A model generated the notes under the pieces. The model saw only the letters and a list, made by a program, of their open reading frames with translations. It searched no databases and was not told the DNA's origin. Position numbers and translations under genes: made by a program. From Aquifex aeolicus VF5 (GTDB lineage: Bacteria; Aquificota; Aquificia; Aquificales; Aquificaceae), in assembly GCF_000008625.1 (NCBI RefSeq), contig NC_001880.1, forward strand, positions 1 through 32,000: a DNA stretch of 32,000 nt. Direction: 5' to 3'. This document shows positions 17,612 to 26,334 of this stretch, piece by piece. Positions within the stretch are counted from its first letter, which is position 1. Each line of letters starts with the position of its first letter.

Positions 17612-18208
17612 ATGAATGAATACTATGAAAGAATGGAAGAGCTATTTAAGCGTGAATTTGCAAAAGAATACCTTGAATTAGCAGAGCAGTATTATGGTAT
17701 TGAAGAATCCTATTATGAAGAAGAACAGAAATTAGATGAAGAAGAAAGAGAAATTACAGATTGGACCGGGCAAATAGATGAAGTTTACAGCAATATAACA
17801 ATAGACGAAGATTGGCTTTTTGAAAAACTCATTAAAAGAATAGAACTTGGAGGCAAAGTTTATACACTTTTTGTAGAACCGTATAACTCTTTACTACACA
17901 GAAAACCGATCGTAGTCGTACTTAAACCTTTAAAGGGAAGTAAAAAACTTGAAGAAATAGTGGCAAAAGCTTATTACAGCAGGTTTTACTGGATGGAAGA
18001 TCCTTTTTATAGAGATATACTCCTTTCAAGAGCGTATGAAGCGGAAAACACGATTAAAGAAGACCCGGAGAAATTTGAAGAATTCGTAAAAATGGCGGAA
18101 GTATTGAAAGAACATGAAGACAGGTTTCTGAATATAGAAAACATAGGAATAAAGTTTGTAGAAAAAAATTTAAGTGAGTTTACTCTTGGATTTGATTTAG
18201 AAGAATAA
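17612..18208 (+). CDS. Acidic hypothetical protein (198 aa)
   Basis: ATG after aaaggaggtaaagaa. Confidence 0.72.
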   Translation: MNEYYERMEELFKREFAKEYLELAEQYYGIEESYYEEEQKLDEEEREITDWTGQIDEVYSNITIDEDWLFEKLIKRIELGGKVYTLFVEPYNSLLHRKPIVVVLKPLKGSKKLEEIVAKAYYSRFYWMEDPFYRDILLSRAYEAENTIKEDPEKFEEFVKMAEVLKEHEDRFLNIENIGIKFVEKNLSEFTLGFDLEE

Positions 18209-18281
18209 CAATCAAAACAAACCTTTTCTTTCAAGTGAAGGGGCTTTCGCCCCTCAAAAAACTTTAAAAGGAGGTAGAGAT

Positions 18282-18800
18282 ATGGATATCAAACTCGACA
18301 AAAACGTAGTAAAGATGGTGATGAGCTCAAAAGAAGAAGAGCTAATGCCTTCAATAGGATGGGAAGGTAAAAAAGAAATACCCGTCTTAATTACCAACGT
18401 AGAAACCAAAATTCCCAAGGGACATCCTGTCATATTCAAAATGGTCCCAATTGATGAAGGTAAAGTAACTGCAGTGTTCATCTTCCTGACAGTAGGAGAA
18501 CAGCTCTGGACTGTGTTCAATCCTGCGAACACTTACTACAGATTGTTCCTAAAAGCAATGACCGAAGCAGACAAACTGGCAATTTGCTTTCCGAATAAAA
18601 AGGCCATATCAATTAAGACAACAGAAGAAATGAAGAAAGCGGCAAGAATACTTCTCGACACAATAGAGGAATTTCAGTGGGATTCGGAAGAATTCGCAGA
18701 GGCACTGGAAAAAATAGCCGAAAATTATACGCTGGAAGACATAGAAATGATCGCAGTCCAAGAATGGAAAAAAAGAACAGGACAGGAAAAAGAAAACTGA
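18282..18800 (+). CDS. Hypothetical protein (172 aa)
   Basis: SD aaaggaggtag; codirectional with its neighbours. Confidence 0.72.
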   Translation: MDIKLDKNVVKMVMSSKEEELMPSIGWEGKKEIPVLITNVETKIPKGHPVIFKMVPIDEGKVTAVFIFLTVGEQLWTVFNPANTYYRLFLKAMTEADKLAICFPNKKAISIKTTEEMKKAARILLDTIEEFQWDSEEFAEALEKIAENYTLEDIEMIAVQEWKKRTGQEKEN

Positions 18801-18854
18801 GTCAGTTTCTTCTTCATTTTTCTGTTTATTCTCTTCTGAGGGAGGAAAAGAAAA

Positions 18855-19670
18855 ATGAATTCAAAGGAACTGACCAAAGAAGTATTAAACCTCTTTCAGA
18901 CTTTGCCAGAATTTTATTTTGAACACTTCCACGAATACGGAATATGGTTTCCTATAGTAGTAGGAATAATAGCATCAGCGGTAGGAATGTTCGGAATGCT
19001 TCTCTTTTACGCAGCAGAGCCCGATACAGAATTTGAAAAACTTCCCTTTTTTGTCAGAAAGATCGCATCAAGAGAGGGAGACGAAGACACTTATTTTGCA
19101 CTCGGAATTTACCCGATAATTATCCTTCCCGCAGAAGGAAAAATTATCAAAGCAGCAGCAATCCACGAGTTCTTCCACGTTCTCTTCAAGTTCCCATGGG
19201 TAATATTCCAGCCAGTTACAGGAATATTCATGACACAGCTCCCGTACAGATTCTTTAACATGCTTACCCAGTTCCTGTATACTGTCCTTCCTAAGCACAT
19301 CGTCCTAATGCTCATTCTCCTTTCCATGCCAATTCTCAAAAAATTCGGAATGGAGAAATCTCAAGTATACGAGCTTCTTTCTTTAGCTTCGAAATACATT
19401 ACGTTTGTTTACATCTGTGCACTTGCAGCAGTAATTGAAGAACTGCTCGTGAACATCGCAACAGCAATCTACTTCCTTATTACCTTCAAGTTCAACGAAA
19501 ACACCTTTCTCGTTACAGTAGGCTCTTCACTTACGTATCTTTCAAACATCCCGATGATCTTCGCATGTATGTGGATGGATTTTCACTACGCAGATGGACA
19601 GGGAGTAGAAATGGCAAAGAAATTCATTGAGCTCGTTTTCAAAACAGAACTTTCTTCCCTTTTCTTTTAA
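18855..19670 (+). CDS. Multi-pass membrane protein with HEFFH motif
   Basis: Several hydrophobic segments; IKAAAIHEFFHVLFKF and AAVIEELLVN. Confidence 0.7.
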   Translation: MNSKELTKEVLNLFQTLPEFYFEHFHEYGIWFPIVVGIIASAVGMFGMLLFYAAEPDTEFEKLPFFVRKIASREGDEDTYFALGIYPIIILPAEGKIIKAAAIHEFFHVLFKFPWVIFQPVTGIFMTQLPYRFFNMLTQFLYTVLPKHIVLMLILLSMPILKKFGMEKSQVYELLSLASKYITFVYICALAAVIEELLVNIATAIYFLITFKFNENTFLVTVGSSLTYLSNIPMIFACMWMDFHYADGQGVEMAKKFIELVFKTELSSLFF

Positions 19671-19682
19671 CGGAGAGCCGCT

Positions 19683-20048
19683 CTATTTCCAGAATTTCGA
19701 GATTGCCAAGTTAAGGGTTAGAGGAGTGGAATGATCTAACGAGAATAAAAGAGGCAAATCAAGACCAACAGTTTCATATTTGGCATTGTGGGGAAATCGC
19801 TTGTGAAAACCCTTCATCCTTTGCTTTATGTGCTTGAACCACCTCTCCACTACATTCCTACCTCCGAAAGTTTCATGTATCCATCCGCAGTTTAGTTCCC
19901 TACATGCTTTCCTATACCATGGCCCCTTATCCGTTACAAACACGTATCCTTTTGAGTTGTAAAGCACAAGTTTTGCCACATGGGAGCTTTTTTTAGCACT
20001 TAACCACACAAAAGTAGGCACTCCCTTCAAGTTACAAGCTATCCACAA
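19683..20048 (-). pseudogene. DDE transposase fragment (IS6/IS240-like style)
   Basis: LYNSKGYVFVTDKGPWYRKACRELNCGWIHETFGGRNVVERWFKHIKQRMKGFHKRFPHNA; both ends missing, last ~13 aa derive from flanking repeat. Confidence 0.65.
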
Positions 20049-20118
20049 GAGACCGCCAAGTTAAGGATTAGGGGAAAGGAGAGATTTAATGAGAATAAAA
20101 GGAAGCGAGCCAAGACCA
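19700..20118. repeat. Transposase fragment flanked by ~65-bp direct repeats (19700-19765 and 20050-20118)
   Basis: Both contain GCCAAGTTAAGG(G/A)TTAG(A/G)GG...TAA(C/T)GAGAATAAAAG...CAAGACC; a further copy lies at ~10471-10535. Confidence 0.7.
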
Positions 20119-20194
20119 GACAGTTTCATGGTTTTTAACGAAATAGATGATAGATAGAAAATAGAGCAAGAGCATAGTTTTATTGAAAATCTTC

Positions 20195-20299
20195 TTACTT
20201 TTCCCCAGTAGCTATTTTCACACTTTTATAAACAAAGTAAATAAATGCACTTGCGATTATAATTGCCCCTAAAACTGCCAAAATGTCGTAAATGTTCAT
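20195..20299 (-). CDS. 34-aa TM protein MNIYDILAVLGAIIIASAFIYFVYKSVKIATGEK
   Basis: ATGA overlap with 20296..20565. Confidence 0.55.
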   Translation of the reverse strand: MNIYDILAVLGAIIIASAFIYFVYKSVKIATGEK

Positions 20300-20565
20300 T
20301 TATCTGCCTCCTTATTATTTAATTTAGACAAAAGTTCAATGTAGTCTTCTATTTTGATTAGCAATCGCAAGGTTAGACTAATAAGAATTATTTCCGTAAA
20401 AGCACCCACGAATAATAGAAAAACCTTTATTTTATTATCAAGGTTTAAAAGCAGGCTTATTGTCCCACCACCTATAGCTATAATAGTAATCCAGAATAGT
20501 TTAAGAAGCTCAGTTAAAAACTTTATCTTTTCCTTTACGTATTCTTCCTTGTTCACATTTATCAT
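20296..20565 (-). CDS. Two-TM small membrane protein, paralogue of 5460..5702
   Basis: EKIKFLTELLKLFWITIIAIGGGTISLLLNLDNKIKVFLLFVGAFTEIILISLTLRLLIKIEDYIELL. Confidence 0.7.
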   Translation of the reverse strand: MINVNKEEYVKEKIKFLTELLKLFWITIIAIGGGTISLLLNLDNKIKVFLLFVGAFTEIILISLTLRLLIKIEDYIELLSKLNNKEADK

Positions 20566-20689
20566 TTTATCATTCTCCTAAAGACTGAGAATTCCCAAAC
20601 TTCATCACCAAAGAAGTTTGATATTTGAAAATCAATAGATTGGTAAATATACCTTTATAAACATATTGAAAATCAAAGGCTTAAAGCAA

Positions 20690-21104
20690 TCATTCTATAG
20701 TTAAGGCATTTGTACACTTCTTTACTCCCTTATCAAAGGACACAACTTTGTATTTCTTAGAATACGCACAAAGAAGGCAATCTACAAAGTCTAAGTTCTT
20801 ATTAGAGTATATCTTTAGAGCCTCTATAAGGAGCTCATTATCTTCAATTTTCACATTCCTAAGTTCCAGTATGTCTATAAGTACCTGTGATATAGTAGGT
20901 CTATCAACTTTATATACTTTCTTGAAGAACATAAACAATTTCGGCTATCACTACCTGTGGGATAAAAACTTTTAGTTCTCCGGAGAGTATCTTATTAAAT
21001 AACTCCTCAGCCTCTTTATACAGCTTCCTGTGGTCTTTAAGTAGATATCGCAGGATTACATTAGCATTAACAATTATCTCTTTTTCCCCTTTCCGCGAGG
21101 CCAT
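20690..21104 (-). pseudogene. PIN-domain toxin, frameshifted
   Basis: IVNANVILRYLLKDHRKLYKEAEELFNKI...EIVYVLQ (20910..21104) continues as VYKVDRPTISQVLIDIL...LDFVDCLLCAYSKKYKVVSFDKG (20690..20938). Confidence 0.7.
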
Positions 21105-21315
21105 CGCCTATTGCCTCTTTTTCAGTTTTCATTATCTCTTCTATGGACCTGTCACGGGTAGCGTATTTGTGTAGAATTCCTCCCAATTTCTTAACAGGTT
21201 TAATTATTACTTTTCCCTTCTCATAGGTTATCTCAACTATATCAGTTCCTAATAATTTCCTGTACTCAGCAGGTATGGTAATTTGTCCTTTCTTAGTAAG
21301 CTTAGCTATTTTCAT
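21067..21315 (-). CDS. AbrB/MazE-type antitoxin
   Basis: AKLTKKGQITIPAEYRKLLGTDIVEITYEKGKVIIKP. Confidence 0.85.
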   Translation of the reverse strand: MKIAKLTKKGQITIPAEYRKLLGTDIVEITYEKGKVIIKPVKKLGGILHKYATRDRSIEEIMKTEKEAIGDGLAERGKRDNC

Positions 21316-21476
21316 TCTTACCTACCTCAATAGGTACTACTTATTGTATAAAGTATTACTTACATTATATAGTGTTACTTTTCACAAAAATGATTACATA
21401 GTATAGGTAGTTGTGATTAGCTATGCTGTTTGTTAGAGACTGCCAAGATAAGGGTGTAAGAAAATAGGTATATGGG

Positions 21477-21566
21477 TGTGCCTGCATACGCGTTTATCTT
21501 CATCCTTTCTTCATTCTTAAAGGCTTTTATGATTTCTTTCTGTTCTTCCGTTAGTTTTATACCCAT
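21477..21566 (-). pseudogene. Helicase N-terminal fragment truncated at Walker A
   Basis: MGIKLTEEQKEIIKAFKNEERMKINAYAGT, typical of UvrD/Dda-like helicase N-termini; bounded by the repeats at 21442 and 21590. Confidence 0.55.
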
Positions 21567-21712
21567 TAGTTTTAATATAATTTGAGACCGCCAAGTTAAG
21601 GGAAATAGGTTGAAAATCAAGGGAACTGTTAATAACAGAACTTTACTGGAGTTTTAGAATCTCTTGAATATGCTTTGGCAATTATTTTATATGACATAAA
21701 CTGTAAACTTCT

Positions 21713-22333
21713 CTAGTTTTCTAGGTACTCTTTTACTTTTCTTTTAAAGAATTCTTCAACTTCCTCCCAGTAAGGTTCTATATCTTCATAAACTTCTTCC
21801 CTTGCATCTTCGAAATATACGAGACTTTTTACAATAATTGAAAAGTCAATATTCCTGTACTTTTTTTTAACCAATTTTTCAAGCTCTTTTAAATCCCATC
21901 CGTGTTTTCTCATCAAAAACCACAGGTCGTAAAAATCCTTCTTTGACCCCCTTTGAGCTATTGCTACTGCCTTCATACAGGCAATATCCTTGTCCCCCGC
22001 TATGAAAATCCCAAGATCATTATTTTTTTCAGGGTTCTCTAACAGCGGGTATCGGTATTCAAAAAAAGAGAATTTAATTCCATCAAGCAAGAATATTAGA
22101 GTATCTTTACTCTGATAAAGCCACCTTACTCTGCTTAGTTTATCAATTTGCCTTGATATAGAGAAACTGTCAAAGGGTTTTTCAGGAAAAGTAAAAAAGT
22201 CAAAATCATCTGAAAATCTGTGCCCATATCTTATAAGCAAAGCGGTTCCTCCTGCAAGATAAAAATCGTTACAGATCCCTAAAGAAACTACTTTTTCTAA
22301 AGCCTCTCTCTGTTCTTTCTTTAACTTCCTCAT
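21713..22333 (-). CDS. AbiEii/AbiGii-family nucleotidyltransferase toxin
   Basis: FYLAGGTALLIRYGHRFSDDFDFFTF...DIACMKAVAIAQRGSKKDFYDLWFLM. Confidence 0.85.
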   Translation of the reverse strand: MRKLKKEQREALEKVVSLGICNDFYLAGGTALLIRYGHRFSDDFDFFTFPEKPFDSFSISRQIDKLSRVRWLYQSKDTLIFLLDGIKFSFFEYRYPLLENPEKNNDLGIFIAGDKDIACMKAVAIAQRGSKKDFYDLWFLMRKHGWDLKELEKLVKKKYRNIDFSIIVKSLVYFEDAREEVYEDIEPYWEEVEEFFKRKVKEYLEN

Positions 22334-22517
22334 CGCTTATATTTAAAGCTAACTTCCAGAAAGCTCTATTTTTAGCGTCAAACCTATGCAGGTTTTTCAA
22401 AAATGCCTCTCTCAGTTTTTTCCTAGGATATTTTTTGAGAACTTCTTTTACGTTTCCGTAAAGCATTTCTCTTATCAAAAGTTCCCTTTCACTTTTTACC
22501 TTGTCCCAGTTAAACAT
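22269..22517 (-). CDS. Partner/antitoxin of the AbiEii-like gene
   Basis: 82 aa, overlaps the toxin start. Confidence 0.55.
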   Translation of the reverse strand: MFNWDKVKSERELLIREMLYGNVKEVLKKYPRKKLREAFLKNLHRFDAKNRAFWKLALNISDEEVKERTERGFRKSSFFRDL

Positions 22518-22679
22518 TTCTATCTAAAACAATTTTAAAATTTTCTAAAGCTTTCTTAGGTGTGGAGCCTACACTAAAAATCGGAGCTCCCACTACCTCA
22601 GCTCCCCAATTACTCTCTTTGTCCTTACGTAGAATTACAAGAAATTTATATTCGTAACATATCATATATATTCAATATT

Positions 22680-22904
22680 ATGAAAAGAACGACCATTTTT
22701 ATAAACGAAGAAACCAAACAAAAAATCAAACTAATAGCCAAGAAAAAGCAAAAAAGCATGGCAGAAATTATAAGAGAAGCTATAAATGAGTACATTGTAA
22801 AACACAAAAAGAATAAGAAGTATTCCTTTATAGGACTTGGTAAAAGCAAAAGATCTGATATCTCGGAAATTCATGAGGAAAAACTTTGGAAATACTCACA
22901 GTAG
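22680..22904 (+). CDS. Orphan RHH (CopG-like) antitoxin
   Basis: KRTTIFINEETKQKIKLIAKKKQKSMAEIIREAINEYI; no toxin ORF follows. Confidence 0.7.
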   Translation: MKRTTIFINEETKQKIKLIAKKKQKSMAEIIREAINEYIVKHKKNKKYSFIGLGKSKRSDISEIHEEKLWKYSQ

Positions 22905-22983
22905 ATAGGAGAGGTTTTTTGGGAATTAAAATTGGAAGAAGAAATCTGATGCTTTTACCATAACAACTCAATTTCTTCGTTAT

Positions 22984-23091
22984 TTATCCTTGCTTTTCAG
23001 TTTCCTGCTTATTAACAAGCCAAACTATTACGAGACCAACTGTCAATATCCCAAGACCTATAAGAATAAAACCTACGGTGTAGCTATCCAT
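22984..23091 (-). CDS. 35-aa TM protein MDSYTVGFILIGLGILTVGLVIVWLVNKQETEKQG
   Basis: Paralogue of 14556..14663. Confidence 0.6.
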   Translation of the reverse strand: MDSYTVGFILIGLGILTVGLVIVWLVNKQETEKQG

Positions 23092-23287
23092 CTTCACTTC
23101 CCTTATTAACAAAGTAAACTCCCAGCAAAAAGAAGGCGAGCCAAAATCCAAAAACAAGCAATAAGTAAAATAAGTTCGCCTTATGCTTTTGAAATAATGG
23201 AGCAACCAAGCCAACTGAAAGGAAAACTGTGGCAACTGTGAGAAAGCGCTTTCCTATTTCCTTAAGTGTTTCCCTTTTCAACCTCAA
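23084..23287 (-). CDS. 67-aa two-TM protein MRLKRETLKEIGKRFLTVATVF...
   Basis: Paralogue of 14360..14563. Confidence 0.65.
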   Translation of the reverse strand: MRLKRETLKEIGKRFLTVATVFLSVGLVAPLFQKHKANLFYLLLVFGFWLAFFLLGVYFVNKGSEDG

Positions 23288-23311
23288 AAGATTTCCTCTC
23301 CTTCTTTTACT

Positions 23312-23428
23312 TCACTTAGCTTTTGGCTTTTTACCCTCTTCCAAAGTCATCTTAAGCATCATAACCACTATAAAGAGAAGAATTCCCCATAGGGCGACAG
23401 CTCCCAAGAAGGCAATCACATCATACAT
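23312..23428 (-). CDS. 38-aa membrane protein MYDVIAFLGAVALWGILLFIVVMMLKMTLEEGKKPKAK
   Basis: Paralogue of 14224..14340. Confidence 0.6.
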   Translation of the reverse strand: MYDVIAFLGAVALWGILLFIVVMMLKMTLEEGKKPKAK

Positions 23429-23620
23429 TTTTCTCCTCCTTGCTCTTTTCTAATCTCTAAAGTTCCTCAAGAAGATCAAGTATTTTCCTGTAAGTAACAA
23501 TCGTAAAAAGGACAAATCCGAGTGTTAGCGATGAGCCCGCAAAAAGCAAGAAAACCTTTAGCAAGCTATCAAGCTTTAACAACAGCCCTATATTTCCACC
23601 GCCGAAAGTTAATGATAGCT
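23421..23620 (-). pseudogene. Two-TM protein remnant with in-frame TAG
   Basis: SLTFGGGNIGLLLKLDSLLKVFLLFAGSSLTLGFVLFTIVTYRKILDLLEEL*RLEKSKEEKNV*; the partner at 14021 has GAG at the TAG position. Confidence 0.5.
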
Positions 23621-24209
23621 TTAAAATTGGTGAAGGAATTCCAAACTTACGACATACAAATTCAAGTTTATATTTCTTTTTGTATCTCCTTCTGAAAGGA
23701 ATTGTAGTAAATCTATGTGGAAAGTTCTATCCTTTAAAAACTTCATTGGAATGTCTATGTCGTGAAGTATAGATCTTATTTTCATTATGTATCCATCAAA
23801 TTTATATCCGTTGTAGCTAACAATTCTATCAGCTTTTATTATTTCTTCCCAGAATTTTTGTATGAGGATTTTTCCTTTTCTTCAAGCTCTTCATAAATAA
23901 AGTCGGAACTTATCGGTTCAAAGAAAACTTCTACAGTCTTATTCTTACCACATGGGATTAGTTTTTTTGTCGTTCTGGTTTGTTTGATCGGAAAGATATA
24001 CTACTTTTCCTTCTTTTATTATCACTATCTTCTATAAGTACCGTTGAGAAAGATACTAAAATAAGCGTGAAGGGATTAAAAGAAAATTCTCGTTCAATAT
24101 CTTCCTGTGTTTTTTCCCTTTTGCCCCGCTTCTGAATGTATAAATAGTCATCGTAAGTAATATTCCTTTTATCAGGAACTGTTTCTATATCAAAAACTAT
24201 AACTTTCAC
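23621..24209 (-). pseudogene. 3'-5' exonuclease (RNase H-like, PolB-exo-like), frameshifted
   Basis: MKVIVFDIETVPDKRNITYDDY... and, in a shifted frame, KILIQKFWEEIIKADRIVSYNGYKFDGYIMKIRSILHDIDIPMKFLKDRTFHIDLLQFL. Confidence 0.6.
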
Positions 24210-24246
24210 CTTCTTCCTCCTTCTTTTATTATATTTTTAACCAGTT

Positions 24247-26196
24247 TCAGCGTTTACTTATTCTTATAACGGAAAACAGAGAGGTGAAAATATTTCTCTT
24301 TTCACTTACCCCTATAGTTTTTAAAAACTCCTCTTTTAGAATGAGATAACTGTCCTGTAAAAATCCATTATCAAATTCTTCAAGCGGTGTGAGATAACCC
24401 GCATCTTTTATCTGGACTTTATAACAAGGGACAAGTTTCTTTTGATCCTGTTTGTGATAATAACGGACCTCTTCAAATTTTTCGGGAGAGGTAAGGTAGA
24501 GTTTCTTCCATCCTTTGAGCATAGCCCTTTCAAAGTTCCCGTAATAATTTTCGGGAACGGGAATTCCCTCGTTAAGTAGAAAGTCTCTTGAAAAGTAAAG
24601 AGGATCTTCTTCTTTTAACTCAATCTTTTCAGGATTAACACATTTTAAAAACTTCAGAAAGAGAGAATTGTTTGCTTTTCCTAAAAGTTTATTTACGCTC
24701 TTTTTTGAAGAAATCTGAACCTCAAAAGGCAAGAAACACGCTCTCCTGAAAATCTGCCTTTCTCCCGTAAGATCAAAAAGATTACTGGTTAACATAGCTC
24801 CTCTTTTTACTCCCGAGTCTCCACTCAATTCCTTTAGCTTTTAGCTTTGAACCAAGTGCTCTTTTATCCCTGAGATGTTCTGGTGGAACTTCGTCAATAA
24901 GAACAGGCATTCTGTTATCTATGTAAAGAATTGCCTCAAAAGTATTTGCCTTGCTGTTTCTGGTTTCCTTTAATTTTCCGTAGTAAATTTTTTCTGTCCC
25001 CAGAAGTTTTGCTATGAAATTAAGAAGCGTAGTTTTTCCGGCCTTAGGAGTACCTATTAAAAGGGAAAATACGGGAAATTTATTTATATCCTTCATTAAC
25101 TCAGTTGCTTTTTCCCTGACTTCCTTGAGAAATACAGAATAAAAAGAAAATATAATAGCCTCTCCGGTTAAAAATCTGTGTTCCTCACTCGTTTCTGTGG
25201 AAAGTTCTATATAATCCTTTATCGCAATTACAGTTTTCTTTACAGATTCCTCGGGAATAGAAATCTCAACAACGGATTTTCCATTATAAAAAATTTCTCC
25301 ATCGCAAACCGCTACGTTTACTTTTTCATCTTTATCTTCCCTTTTATTCTTCAAGATTTCCTGAATCTTTTGAGGAGATATTAGTATTTCCTTCTTCTTT
25401 TCCGCAAGCTTCTGAAACATTTCTGCGCTTTCTTCAACCGCTTTTTTTCTGACAAGAGACTTCTGAGCTTCGTTAAAAATGGGACTGTTAATCACTTTAG
25501 TATAGTAGTAATTGAGAACAACATTTTTTACTTTTTCGTTTTTCTCAAATTCCTTTATCACTTCCCTTACTACTTCCGGTTCCTGAGTTTCTATAAACAG
25601 ATTTAAGTGTTTTTCAATTTTCTTACTATTTTCAGATGCCTTTTTTCTTAAATCGGTGGAGCTTATTATTTTCCTTGCCCTACTTTTTACATAATTGTAA
25701 TACCTTTCACATTCTTCAATTACGTTATCCTTTTCAATTATTACAAAAAAAACTCTTCCTGAGGTCCCCTCCAGGCTAAAGAGGATAAATTACCACTCCC
25801 TGCTACGACAATTTTCCTTTCTTCGGATTCAAGTATGTATAACTTTGTATGACAGTTTGGAATGTAGTAAACGGAGAAATCTTTAAACATGGCTTGTTTA
25901 CTTATTTCTTCTCCTTCTTTGAGGAACTTTTCCACTATAACTTCCAGGTTATAAAGTTCCCTTCCTTGTTCTTCTAACCCTATCAGGATTTCCACTTCCC
26001 TGTAATCCTTTAAAAGATCAAGGATACTCTTCAGAGAGGAGAAAGTTATAGCTTTTATCCTGTTGAATTGCCTAAGGTATTTCCCTGGAATATCGTACAG
26101 GAGTTTAATTTCCTCTTCGCCTATACTAAGAATAGGCTTTTTAGTATCTTTTTCAGGTTCCTCTGAAAAAAGTTGTTTGTTCATTATACCTCCCAA
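24247..26196 (-). pseudogene. PLD-like domain fused to P-loop ATPase; two frameshifts
   Basis: HTKLYILESEERKIVVAGSGNLSSLAWRG (PLD HxK), run of 8 T shifts frame at ~25745; SLLIGTPKAGKTTLLNFIAKLLG...MPVLIDEVPPEHL; second shift at ~24828 before ELSGDSGVKRGAMLTSNLFD. Confidence 0.65.
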
Positions 26197-26334
26197 ACTA
26201 CTTAAAATTTCGCATCAGATAGTGCCTATTTCAAGCTAAGTCCTATCTTTTACTAAACTTACTTTTCTAACTTATATAAGTTATATTACTTATAAAACTA
26301 AACTTTATTTAAAGAATAAAATTCATTAGCACCC

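Noticed and set aside
19683-20048. Complete insertion sequence
   Set aside because: The transposase lacks both N- and C-terminal parts, and the flanks are direct rather than inverted repeats.
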